From assembly GCA_002495065.1 (NCBI GenBank), contig DADT01000031.1, positions 80,996 through 120,995 on the forward strand: a DNA stretch of 40,000 nucleotides, in the 5' to 3' direction. The DNA is from Methanoregula sp. UBA471 (GTDB taxonomy: Archaea > Halobacteriota > Methanomicrobia > Methanomicrobiales > Methanospirillaceae). Below, piece after piece: positions 26,154-35,726 of this stretch. Each line of letters opens with the position of its first letter. The stretch's first letter is position 1. The notes beneath the pieces are model-generated. The model saw nothing but the letters and a program-made list of their open reading frames with translations, was not told the DNA's origin and did no database searches. A program made the position numbers and the translations under genes.

Positions 26154-26992
26154 GACTGACGATGCGCCCGGTCTCGCTCAGTCGTGTGGTTGAAACTGCA
26201 TTCTTTGCAGAGAAAACAAAAAAATTCACCAACCAGGAACTCGCCGGATTTTTGAAATCATCAGAAAGAAGGGCACGGGAAGTATCTGAAGAGACTGTCA
26301 ATATTGGATTGTTAAAAAAAGAAGAGACAACTTACCTGCCTACAGAACGATGCGCCGTTTTTCTTGAAAATATTCGAAAAAATAATTGGAAGGGCATTCA
26401 TGAACAGATGCTGGAGTATTCCTTTTACCAATCGTTTTATACAAATCTTCCGTCGATTGAACCGGCAACACCTGAAGAGATTCTCAAATCCCTATCATCC
26501 TCAACTATTCCCTTCAATGAGGCTTCCCGCCAGGTTCTGTGTGACTGGGGTGAACGAATCGGATCTCTCCAACGAAATATCTTTACGAACCAATATTTTA
26601 CGATAGCTGATTCCGAAATTATTCTTGCACCTGCATTTCTTGAAACCTATCAATTACTAAATGTCAAAACCGGATTGTCCCTCCGCCAGAGATACGTTGA
26701 GATACCTAGAATCCGGGAATACGTTTGTCAGAATTTGCGAATCTCACGGGAGATTTTTGATTTACGCTTTCTTGAGTTATGTATGAAAAATATTGGTAAA
26801 ATTGAGCTTGCCGGAGCTCCGGTGACTACGCATGCAAAGAAGTCTGCCAAAAAAGTAAAAAGTGTGCACTTCCTCGAACTACCTGACACAATAACGATGA
26901 AATTGTCATCAAATCAGTTTCTCAATGGCCTGACAGTTGGAAAAAAATCTTATTATTTTGTTGCATATCATGGCGGCGAACTTAATGACTGA
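26150..26992 (+). CDS. hypothetical protein (possible N-terminal wHTH)
   Basis: 280-aa ORF with an ATGA overlap to the TGT-like gene and an 8-nt overlap with the downstream ATPase gene. Confidence 0.55.
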   Translation: MRLTMRPVSLSRVVETAFFAEKTKKFTNQELAGFLKSSERRAREVSEETVNIGLLKKEETTYLPTERCAVFLENIRKNNWKGIHEQMLEYSFYQSFYTNLPSIEPATPEEILKSLSSSTIPFNEASRQVLCDWGERIGSLQRNIFTNQYFTIADSEIILAPAFLETYQLLNVKTGLSLRQRYVEIPRIREYVCQNLRISREIFDLRFLELCMKNIGKIELAGAPVTTHAKKSAKKVKSVHFLELPDTITMKLSSNQFLNGLTVGKKSYYFVAYHGGELND

Positions 26993-28166
26993 ATTTACCC
27001 TGACTCTGAAAGGAAAAGACTATGCTAAGTACGGCCTTCTGGGAAACCCTTTCCCATTCTCCGGCGTTCCGGATGAACATCCGAATGTCTATATCGGACA
27101 GGATGATGTTCTTGAGAAGATAAACTCTGTGTTATCGTCGACAGTTCTGTCATCACAATCGAATCATCTCATTGTAACCGGATCCTATGGTAATGGAAAA
27201 AGTCATACTCTGAAATTTATCAAATCACATATCAGAGACCAGTTTTCAGAAAAATCCGACACCAGGATTTGTGTAGGATATGTATCCCAACCCGGAGAGA
27301 CGTTTCTTGAGATTTATACCAAATTTATGTACGATTTGGGATATTCCTTTGTTAAGAATCTGTCTCAGACATATCTCGGTCATATTGCATTTCAACTATC
27401 AAAGGATGGACTGATTGAAGAAAAAATCCGAAAAGGGCAGGGTTGGAAAGCGATCGAAAAAGGGGATGTTCTTATTTCGGATATCGTTCCAAAAGCCATC
27501 CAGCGGTTGAATGACGGCATAAAATTCGTTGATTACACGAGGGCATTCATTGCATTATCGTATGAAGAAAATTCTATCTATTCCTGGGAGTGGCTCTGTG
27601 GGGAAGGTGTTGAATATAATAAACGACAGGAACTTTCTCTCGGAAAAAATATCAATGACATCAACTCAGTCCGAGCATTCGGTGCAATGAAATATGTGCT
27701 TAAAGAACTGGGTTTTTCTTCTCTCGTTTTGCTTATCGACGAATTTGAGTTTATTGAAACACTTCCACAATTAAAGAAACAAAAATTGCTCAATTCCCTG
27801 CGTCACATCATCGATCTCAATGGGGATAGGCTGTCAATTATTATTGCGTGTGCTCCAGAGGTCTGGCAAACAATTGTTGCTGAATACCATGCCTTTTCAG
27901 AGCGCATCGCAAAAGAGGCCAATCTGAAACCCATGGATCAGGAAAAGATCCGGTTGCTGTTGGTGTCATATCTGAACAATAAACGTACTAATCAGAGTGA
28001 TTCCCTGTTACCATTTACCGATGATTCAATTGAAAAAATATTTTTCCATTCACAGGGAAATACACGACGTATAATTTCCTTATGTAGTCAGGCCCTTGAT
28101 GCGTCCCTGGATTTCAATAAACCTCAAATCGATCAGGAGATTCTGGATTCGGTCATCGCCGGATAA
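26985..28166 (+). CDS. P-loop ATPase, ORC/Cdc6- or BrxC-like AAA
   Basis: N-terminal GLLGNPFPF, Walker A GSYGNGKSHT and Walker B VLLIDEFEF. The start is taken at ATG 26985; ATG 26970 and the track start 26937 are alternatives. Confidence 0.7.
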   Translation: MTEFTLTLKGKDYAKYGLLGNPFPFSGVPDEHPNVYIGQDDVLEKINSVLSSTVLSSQSNHLIVTGSYGNGKSHTLKFIKSHIRDQFSEKSDTRICVGYVSQPGETFLEIYTKFMYDLGYSFVKNLSQTYLGHIAFQLSKDGLIEEKIRKGQGWKAIEKGDVLISDIVPKAIQRLNDGIKFVDYTRAFIALSYEENSIYSWEWLCGEGVEYNKRQELSLGKNINDINSVRAFGAMKYVLKELGFSSLVLLIDEFEFIETLPQLKKQKLLNSLRHIIDLNGDRLSIIIACAPEVWQTIVAEYHAFSERIAKEANLKPMDQEKIRLLLVSYLNNKRTNQSDSLLPFTDDSIEKIFFHSQGNTRRIISLCSQALDASLDFNKPQIDQEILDSVIAG

Positions 28167-28243
28167 ATACGATTAGAATGGTTTGATAAAATCTAAAACT
28201 TTATTTCAATAATTTATTATTCTGAATCAGCGGAGAACTCCCC

Positions 28244-28645
28244 ATGCGAGCGAAATTATATAAAATTGTCACATTCGATGCCAGTCACCGGTTACTGTAT
28301 TATGTCGGAAAATGCAATCAGCTGCACGGGCATCACTGGAAAGTGGAAGTCTGGGTTGAGGGAAATGTTGATGAAAAGACTCAGATTGTCGTTGATTACA
28401 ACACAATAAAACAAGTCATTGAGCGGTTCGATCATATGGTAATTCTGAATAAGAAAGATCCTCTTGTAAGTTGTCTTGAAAAATATCAATCTGTGATTCA
28501 GGTAAATGGAGACCCTACGAGTGAATTGCTCGCATATCATATCAAAAATATTCTCGAAAATGATAGTGATTTCAAACGGACTGATGCGAAGGTAACGCGG
28601 ATAAAAGTATGGGAGTCACCGACCAGCTGTGCGGAGATTTCTTAA
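28244..28645 (+). CDS. queD: 6-carboxy-5,6,7,8-tetrahydropterin synthase QueD
   Basis: FDASHRL and CNQLHGHHWKVEV (catalytic Cys plus His-x-His zinc ligands), at 133 aa. Confidence 0.85.
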   Translation: MRAKLYKIVTFDASHRLLYYVGKCNQLHGHHWKVEVWVEGNVDEKTQIVVDYNTIKQVIERFDHMVILNKKDPLVSCLEKYQSVIQVNGDPTSELLAYHIKNILENDSDFKRTDAKVTRIKVWESPTSCAEIS

Positions 28646-28661
28646 ATTTATTTTTTATTAA
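28646..28661. terminator. T/A-run between convergent genes (possible bidirectional archaeal oligo-T terminator)
   Basis: ATTTATTTTTTATTAA fills the 16-bp gap between the queD stop (28645) and the stop of the minus-strand gene (28662). Confidence 0.3.
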
Positions 28662-29492
28662 TTAAGAGAGAAGATATTTTTTTAATGTAATTTTTTCAAA
28701 TTTTAAAGGAATATCAATTGAGATGTAATTGGTTTCAAATTTTCCTCGAGAAAGGATCAGATACTTTCCCTCAATTAATTTTTTAATCAATGCTTTTATC
28801 CTTTCTATCGATAAAGTCCCATATGAAAATCCTGCATCAATTTCAGAATACAAATTATTCTCTTTAATTGAGTCACTGATAGAAATTATTGACTCAATAA
28901 ACTGTCCGAATTCATCCATACTCAGTAATTGAAGAGCTTGGTCCTCAAATATCGGATCAAACATTATTTTATTTCTTGATGTCGTTGTGAAATTTAACCA
29001 ATTAATCCAAGATTTCAATCTCCCAGATGCAGTTTTATTTAGTCCTTCCTTCTTCGAAAAATCTTGAATGATCTCATTCAACTCGAATGTATTCGATCGG
29101 ATTTCTTCAATTACCTTGCGAAATATCATGCTGTGTTTGTAGAGATTTTTAAAAAAATAAAATGAGACAAATGAATCGTATTCGCCATTTGCGCAATGAT
29201 GGGCAATTTGTTTTCCTTGTTTTGTAAGCATATTTTTATCAAGAAACTCAAGTTTTTTTAATAATTGAATCTGTGATGAAAAGTGATCATTTTTTACTGG
29301 TGAGAAAGAATCTCCTTCGTGTTTCCGTTTCCTTTCATTATACTCAAACAAAATTCCTTCATCAAAGTTTGGAAATTTTTTTTCAAATCGTTCACATTCA
29401 GAAATAATTTCCAATATTTCACAACATGTACTCATAATTGTTGTCGAAATTTGGTGTTTTGTAATTTCATTACGAGCAGTATCTTTAGACAT
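28662..29492 (-). CDS. hypothetical protein, partner of the 983-aa ATPase
   Basis: 276-aa ORF whose ATG directly abuts the stop codon of the upstream 983-aa gene (TGAATG). Confidence 0.55.
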   Translation of the reverse strand: MSKDTARNEITKHQISTTIMSTCCEILEIISECERFEKKFPNFDEGILFEYNERKRKHEGDSFSPVKNDHFSSQIQLLKKLEFLDKNMLTKQGKQIAHHCANGEYDSFVSFYFFKNLYKHSMIFRKVIEEIRSNTFELNEIIQDFSKKEGLNKTASGRLKSWINWLNFTTTSRNKIMFDPIFEDQALQLLSMDEFGQFIESIISISDSIKENNLYSEIDAGFSYGTLSIERIKALIKKLIEGKYLILSRGKFETNYISIDIPLKFEKITLKKYLLS

Positions 29493-32444
29493 TCAAACAA
29501 CCTTATATGTGGCGACTAAAACCTTATTCTCCATTAAAAATTTTACAAAATCACTTGCTTTTTTATCGTCAATATTGAATTCTTTTTGAAGTAGTTCGAG
29601 AGTGTATTCTTTATTCGGTTTAAAAAGTGATTTGAATTTGGGTCCTAGTTGTCCAAATTCTGTATCGATATTAATTGAAAACACAGATGAAAAATTTCCC
29701 TTTCTATAATTTTTATTTGCCTCATCAATTTTTGCCTCCATCGTTTTGATAATTTTCCGCATTGATTCCAGTTGGTCATCTTTAAGGTATAATTCACACT
29801 TTTGAACGAGGATTTTTCCGTCACTATTTTTATTGGTTATTTCTCTTATGTGATTCTCGGCTTTGATATCCAAATCCGTGTAGAGACTTCGTAAATTCTT
29901 GAATTTTTGATCAACCTTTTCAATATCTGTGCTTTCTTGGATAATTTTCCAATCATCTGAAAGTGTCTTATTGCTTAAATCCAACATCTCATTTTTAATT
30001 GCCCGTTCAAGTTCATCGATATTGAAAGATTTGATTTCACCTTCAAGGATTTTTGCTCTTGTTGAGAATTGGTTATATATTGAAATTGCTTCATCAAAAC
30101 TCGGGCGAATTTTTTCTGCATATTCCAACATATTTACCTGTTCAAAAATTTTTTCAGTATCTGTTGACAGGGAGTTTAATTCTGATTCTAATCGAGAATT
30201 TTTAAATTGAATTTTCTCTAAAACTTTGATGGCGTTTTTTATTGTCGAAGTCCTCTCATGATAAATATGGGATATCTCTTTGAGTTGATTGATATATTCT
30301 GTCGATGTGAAAAGAACACTTTTCATTCGGTGTTCATGATAGTATAACTCAACAAAATTGACGATCGAATTTTCTGTAGGTTTAAAAGTGTTAATACTAT
30401 TTTTTATTAACTCTAACGAACGGATAAATTGAGTAGTTTTTTGCTCAAATTTTTCTGATAATAGTTCACCGATTTGATCACGACATTCTTTCAATGATTC
30501 TGTAATCCCTTTTCTCTCTTTTTCAATCTCTTTGATCAAGGAGGACTTTCTTTCATCAAATTGAATTAATTTATACCCATCCGTCATTCCAATTTTTTTC
30601 AGTAATTTTACTGCTGAATCGATTGGCTTAACTTCAGAATTAAAATAAAAAACCTCTTGAGACAATTTTTCAGGAATAAAATAATCCGCAGAGAGAATCT
30701 GGTTATACCAACTCGGTGCGGTTATTGTTGCTCCGTCGAAAAATTCACTAAGAGATAAAAATTCAACATTCGCTTTTTTCATATCGTTTTTTGATACATA
30801 ATAAATATCCATTATAAAATTTTCAAATTCGTCGTCAGATCGTAATTTTGATCCGAATAATGATGAGACATAATGTTGTTTTCGATGTTTCTCAAAAAAA
30901 TGTATGATTTTATCATTCATTTCCATTACTTGATTGAATATTTGATCCTTGGCTGTAGTAATTTCTCCAGAAGATATCAACATTGGATTATAAAGTGCAA
31001 ATCTTAGAGCCATTTCTGGGGTATCTGGAAGTAATATGAAAGCATCATCATCAGATTGTTTTTGATTTTTCTTTTCAGAATTGGAGATAAAGAGCGTGAA
31101 AATATCCGAACTAATTTTTGGATCTCCAACCATTTTTATAGAGATGGGAATCCTTGCTTTCTCATTAGGAATGGTGAAAAATATTTTTTTCAATCTTGAA
31201 TCAGCAACATATCTGTCCGAACAATCATGTAACATCTCACCAATATTTTTGAGGGCAAAATGAAGTTGTGATTCTTTATCTTCCAAAAATCCTTCTGCGA
31301 TAAGACCTTCAGCCTTATCCCGACCCATTTTTGATTTAAATTCTACATCATCTAATATAGCAGAAAATTTTTTTGTTTTTCCCTCAGGTGGCTTCAGTAG
31401 AGTAACTTTGGTTGATCCCGCCAACCATTCAGCAATTCTCTTTTTATCGATGGATCCACCACCGATTTGATTAACAGAATAAAGGATATCGTGGCAATTT
31501 TTAATGAGAATCCTCCAAGAAAACAATCCTTTTTCATCAACAGATTTTTTTGTAAGAAACATAATTCCGTCTTGTGTGAAAGGATAATTCTCATCAACAT
31601 CATTTGAGATTCTTGCATTTTTCAAGCGGAATTGAACGAATTCTATTGCTTCTTTCTCGGTGAATGGTCTCAGAGGAATTACTCTTTCCAATCGTGTTTT
31701 TAAGGCATTATTTATTCCACCGATGTGTTGGAAACTCGCCGCAGTCATATACAAAAATAATGCAACAGGGAATTTTTGATTAGTTTTCCCTTCTTGAATG
31801 TAACCAATCAAATCACGAAGATATTTTAAATCCCTCTCGATTTGAGGACGAGTCATGGCAGTCATACCCCACCTGTCCTCCACTTCATCAAGATGGATTA
31901 CTACGCAATCACACCCCCCAATTTTTATTAGAGCGTTGATATAACCAAACCAAAGACTCATCAATCGGGTAGCTTCACGAATATCATTTTCGCCCGATTT
32001 CTCGAATTTAATTCCCTTGAATGTTAGATCCAATGCTTCATTTATACAGGATTCGACTTCTGATTGATCTAGATCTCCTGTAGTTATCGCCAATTTATCG
32101 ATGATTAATTTTAAAATAAAGAATGGATCGTCAAATGAACCATACTGCATCTTCAATATGATATGTTTGGTTTTTGGATGGTGGATTGAACTTTCCATTA
32201 ATTTGTATGCAAGAGCTGTTTTTCCTGATGATGGTTCACCTTCAATGACTGCAGCAATCAGTTTGCCCCCTCTTCGAGCCATATTGATTACGTCATTGCA
32301 GTCGTGTAACTCCTTCGTCCGAAATTGTGCGTTAATTGTTGAAATTGCAGGCTCATAATCCCCTTGACTTTCAAAAGGGATGAATTTTAAGTTAATATTT
32401 TCAAAATTATCAATAATATCTGCGGTTTTCCGTCTTTGTGCCAT
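29493..32444 (-). CDS. large P-loop ATPase with long coiled-coil-rich C-terminal region
   Basis: Walker A GEPSSGKTAL and Walker B VVIHLDEVED in the first ~330 aa (ORC/BrxC-like AAA). The remaining ~650 aa are Lys/Glu/Ile-rich and look helical. Confidence 0.7.
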   Translation of the reverse strand: MAQRRKTADIIDNFENINLKFIPFESQGDYEPAISTINAQFRTKELHDCNDVINMARRGGKLIAAVIEGEPSSGKTALAYKLMESSIHHPKTKHIILKMQYGSFDDPFFILKLIIDKLAITTGDLDQSEVESCINEALDLTFKGIKFEKSGENDIREATRLMSLWFGYINALIKIGGCDCVVIHLDEVEDRWGMTAMTRPQIERDLKYLRDLIGYIQEGKTNQKFPVALFLYMTAASFQHIGGINNALKTRLERVIPLRPFTEKEAIEFVQFRLKNARISNDVDENYPFTQDGIMFLTKKSVDEKGLFSWRILIKNCHDILYSVNQIGGGSIDKKRIAEWLAGSTKVTLLKPPEGKTKKFSAILDDVEFKSKMGRDKAEGLIAEGFLEDKESQLHFALKNIGEMLHDCSDRYVADSRLKKIFFTIPNEKARIPISIKMVGDPKISSDIFTLFISNSEKKNQKQSDDDAFILLPDTPEMALRFALYNPMLISSGEITTAKDQIFNQVMEMNDKIIHFFEKHRKQHYVSSLFGSKLRSDDEFENFIMDIYYVSKNDMKKANVEFLSLSEFFDGATITAPSWYNQILSADYFIPEKLSQEVFYFNSEVKPIDSAVKLLKKIGMTDGYKLIQFDERKSSLIKEIEKERKGITESLKECRDQIGELLSEKFEQKTTQFIRSLELIKNSINTFKPTENSIVNFVELYYHEHRMKSVLFTSTEYINQLKEISHIYHERTSTIKNAIKVLEKIQFKNSRLESELNSLSTDTEKIFEQVNMLEYAEKIRPSFDEAISIYNQFSTRAKILEGEIKSFNIDELERAIKNEMLDLSNKTLSDDWKIIQESTDIEKVDQKFKNLRSLYTDLDIKAENHIREITNKNSDGKILVQKCELYLKDDQLESMRKIIKTMEAKIDEANKNYRKGNFSSVFSINIDTEFGQLGPKFKSLFKPNKEYTLELLQKEFNIDDKKASDFVKFLMENKVLVATYKVV

Positions 32445-32513
32445 ATCCTCGCCTTAGGTCTACCATTGATAACCATTATTTATTAATCTAATGAGTTGAG
32501 TTTATCATCTTTC
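32445..32513. promoter_or_regulatory. short divergent promoter region between the 983-aa ATPase operon and the NurA-HerA operon
   Basis: AT-rich spacer of about 50-70 bp (contains TTATTTATTAAT) between divergent starts. Confidence 0.3.
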
Positions 32514-33899
32514 ATGGTAGATTCTATGTCTGTGAGCTCGTATCTACCGACAAATGCGTATGATACCACACGATTGGGAGTAATTATTCGAGACTCTGAA
32601 GTTTTATTCTCTGAAAGTCGAGTAGAATGTGAGAGAACGATACGAGGAATAGATAATACGTTATCTGCGAATGCATCTTTAATCGATCCCGATTCAAATC
32701 CTTTAGAAAAAAGTAGAACTATAAAATTTGTTGCAATTGATGGAACTCGAGATATTCTTGAAGGCCAGTCACATGCACGATTATTTGCAGGTGCCTACGC
32801 AGTTTGCGGTTCATTCGAAGAAAAGGTGGATATAACTGAAATTGAAAGAGGATGTGCATTCAGCATCGTTTCTTTACCCTATAAAATTCTGACTTCTGGA
32901 AACGATTATGAAACTGAAAATGCTGGGACAATTGCAAATCTTCTCATGCTGCTCTCGGAGATTTTTGTAGCCCTGGATTATTCTGAAAAAAACGTTGATA
33001 TGATCCTCCTTGATCGTCCATTATGCGGAACCCTTGCCCATACTCGAACTAAGATGGCTGATAACAGTATCCTAAAAGAAATGGGTGCACGGAATATCAC
33101 CTCTAAAATAAAAATCGATGATCTAATGCCGATTTTTGACACATTGTGTAAAAGACTTTTTATTGACTCTCATCCCGAACCCCTTAAAATTCAAGACCGC
33201 TATCTTTCGAGCGACGATCTTATGTATCTTTGTCGTATAGGGATGGAGAAATTATTTCAGACCTGCCGAGAAAGAAATATCGACCTGATCGGAATTACAA
33301 AAACCACAAATGATTGCTCCTTTTTGCGAATGTTAATCACTATCCACTCAATTGAAAATTTATCAACGAAGAAAATTCGAAAAATTTTCTCGCAGATTGA
33401 TGATTGCCGAATGCTCGACATTTGGATAGAGCCCTATAAAAAAATAGTTTGTACACGAGAATATGATACAGCCTTAATGACCATAATGGTTGATGAATCA
33501 AAAACTGTCAAAGATATCGGTGGGGGAGGTGTAGCCCCCCGAAAAACCATTGTTCGTTCGTACATGAGTTTTGGACTAAAGAATAAAGGAGGATATGTCT
33601 TTGCTGTTGAACGACTTGTTTTAGTTGATGAAAAACCGCCCGTTCTTGTCCTCCCCGATCACTCTGAAATATTCCTTTTTACGATAGAGGGAAATACAAA
33701 ACAAAATACCATTTTTCACATTCTCAAAGGCATGTGTACAGGAGCATTTCCTGAAGCACTTTACTATCCATTGCCTCTAGCGTTATCTCATCGTTTTGCA
33801 AAATCAAATTTCGATTATGTTCGACCTCGATTGAAAGCATCGAGTTATGTGTTTGGAAGAGAGTATGGTTATAACGATGTAAAAAGGGGATTTACATGA
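32514..33899 (+). CDS. NurA-domain nuclease-like protein
   Basis: KFVAIDGTRD (NurA catalytic Asp block), MILLDRPLCG and DLIGITKTTN are collinear with NurA motifs. ATG 32514 is preferred over TTG 32496. The stop overlaps the herA-like start (ATGA). Confidence 0.6.
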   Translation: MVDSMSVSSYLPTNAYDTTRLGVIIRDSEVLFSESRVECERTIRGIDNTLSANASLIDPDSNPLEKSRTIKFVAIDGTRDILEGQSHARLFAGAYAVCGSFEEKVDITEIERGCAFSIVSLPYKILTSGNDYETENAGTIANLLMLLSEIFVALDYSEKNVDMILLDRPLCGTLAHTRTKMADNSILKEMGARNITSKIKIDDLMPIFDTLCKRLFIDSHPEPLKIQDRYLSSDDLMYLCRIGMEKLFQTCRERNIDLIGITKTTNDCSFLRMLITIHSIENLSTKKIRKIFSQIDDCRMLDIWIEPYKKIVCTREYDTALMTIMVDESKTVKDIGGGGVAPRKTIVRSYMSFGLKNKGGYVFAVERLVLVDEKPPVLVLPDHSEIFLFTIEGNTKQNTIFHILKGMCTGAFPEALYYPLPLALSHRFAKSNFDYVRPRLKASSYVFGREYGYNDVKRGFT

Positions 33900-35716
33900 A
33901 TGAAGAGATTATTGAGCGATTTAACATAGAAGGTCGTGTAATCAAAATTTCTGGAAGTGGAGCTGCGACCGTTATCGAAATTTTTTTCCCGTATACTAAA
34001 GAAGCAATTACAAACATATCTGAAGGAGCTTTTTTAGCGTTGGAAAATGTCAGGTCAAAGGCTGATAAGAAAATATTCTCGCTAGTAAATATTGTGAGTT
34101 ACGACATCTTTCATTCGGGTTTAACTGACTTGGATCCAACGAAAGTCCCATTTCCCGCTACTGTTGTGGAAGTTGCCTCTCGTGCTTTCAAAGAACTTGT
34201 AGAAGGAAATCCTGAAAAAATTAGTCTGGCTGGAATCAAAGTCAGATGCATTCTATCGGGATATGAAATTGTTGATGACCAAAAAAGAACGGTTAATCCA
34301 AGCACAGAAAAGCCCCTTATTGGATCCGAGGTATTTCATCCAACTGCATTCATTTTAAATAAAATTTTTAACCGTGGTCTTAACATTGAAAGTGGGGCTA
34401 TTGAAATTGGAGATTATCACCATGGTTTGGATAAGATTAGAATCTTATTAGAACCGAACGATTTGATTCACCATCATATTGGTGTATTTGCATCTACAGG
34501 AGCTGGGAAAAGTTTCCTCATTTCAAATCTTTTAAAGGAAACATTATCCAAAGGAAAGAGGGCCATTATTTTTGATACTGTTCCTGAGTTTCCCGCGTTG
34601 TTATTCGATGTAATTTATGATTATGTTATGAATCGTAACAATGATTATAAAATTGCATTAATTTTCAGAGATAAGCAAGATATTCTCGCCGTAAGTAGTG
34701 GTGAAGAGTTACTAAAACGGATAAACATTCCAGAACCGTTGCGTGAAAAATATCATGACAAAATGTTGAAAGTTTTTGAACAATTACGATGGCAGCGAGA
34801 ACCTATCCCAAAAATAATGCTCCCCTTACTAACATCCTCTGAAATTATCAATATGGTCAATTATTCCATGTCGATAAAACGTCTCCCCCAGGCAGAAACC
34901 GTTGCTCAGACTATTGAATATTTTATTGAAGACCGATATCCCGACGCAATTTTTGCTGGAAATGTAAAGGATCTTAAAAATTTTGTCTCAGATTACAAAA
35001 ATATCAATGACATCTTGAATTTCATCCAAGGCGAACGGGATACAATAGGAGATGATAAGAATATTACCTACAAATTTTACGAATCGACATATCAATTACT
35101 TCTTCATAAATCCGACCAACGAAATCTCATCTTAACAGATTATATCAAAGAAATCAACAATCAACATCTCGACAAAAACCAGGTTATCGAGCCACGGGAT
35201 CTCGTTCGACCCCTGCTTGATGGAGATATGAAATTACATATTGTGATTAGTGACATCAGTGATGATACAAAACATTTGATGTCCAATGCAATTTCTAACG
35301 CTTTTAATTTACAAAAAGGTAAAGCCAATAATAGTCTGATGTTCGTCGTCGATGAAGCTCATAATTTTGCGTCTATCGATCCCTCACCCAGCTCGAAGGC
35401 CATAGAGAAATTGGCACGAGAAGGACGAAAATATAAACTCGGTCTGTGTCTTGCTTCTCAACGTTGTACATATATGAATACAAGTGTTATGGCCCAACTG
35501 AAAACATATTTTATCAGCAACCTCCGAATGAAAACCGATAGAGACCGGATAAGACAGATTTTTGATATTAATTCAGAGATTCTTGATAGTTCAGTCAATC
35601 TTGGTGGGAAAGATTGGTATCTTGTGTCGGAAAAGGCTACTGGATTGAAGAATACACCGATTAAAATTCGGGTGTTTGACGTGAATGAAAGAATAGAGTC
35701 GATAATTAATTCATGA
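33896..35716 (+). CDS. HerA/DUF87-family ATPase
   Basis: N-terminal barrel-like EGRVIKISG, Walker A HIGVFASTGAGKSF, Walker B LMFVVDEAHNF, and GRKYKLGLCLASQR. Confidence 0.8.
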   Translation: MNEEIIERFNIEGRVIKISGSGAATVIEIFFPYTKEAITNISEGAFLALENVRSKADKKIFSLVNIVSYDIFHSGLTDLDPTKVPFPATVVEVASRAFKELVEGNPEKISLAGIKVRCILSGYEIVDDQKRTVNPSTEKPLIGSEVFHPTAFILNKIFNRGLNIESGAIEIGDYHHGLDKIRILLEPNDLIHHHIGVFASTGAGKSFLISNLLKETLSKGKRAIIFDTVPEFPALLFDVIYDYVMNRNNDYKIALIFRDKQDILAVSSGEELLKRINIPEPLREKYHDKMLKVFEQLRWQREPIPKIMLPLLTSSEIINMVNYSMSIKRLPQAETVAQTIEYFIEDRYPDAIFAGNVKDLKNFVSDYKNINDILNFIQGERDTIGDDKNITYKFYESTYQLLLHKSDQRNLILTDYIKEINNQHLDKNQVIEPRDLVRPLLDGDMKLHIVISDISDDTKHLMSNAISNAFNLQKGKANNSLMFVVDEAHNFASIDPSPSSKAIEKLAREGRKYKLGLCLASQRCTYMNTSVMAQLKTYFISNLRMKTDRDRIRQIFDINSEILDSSVNLGGKDWYLVSEKATGLKNTPIKIRVFDVNERIESIINS

Positions 35717-35726
35717 TTTACTACAG

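Noticed and set aside
32514-35716. NurA-HerA as the ordinary housekeeping end-resection pair.
   Set aside because: This is not fully excluded but is disfavoured. No mre11/rad50 lies adjacent, the composition is AT-rich and island-like, and the pair is tightly coupled to UvrD and a Cas4-like nuclease. It is kept as the stated refutation test for the main finding.
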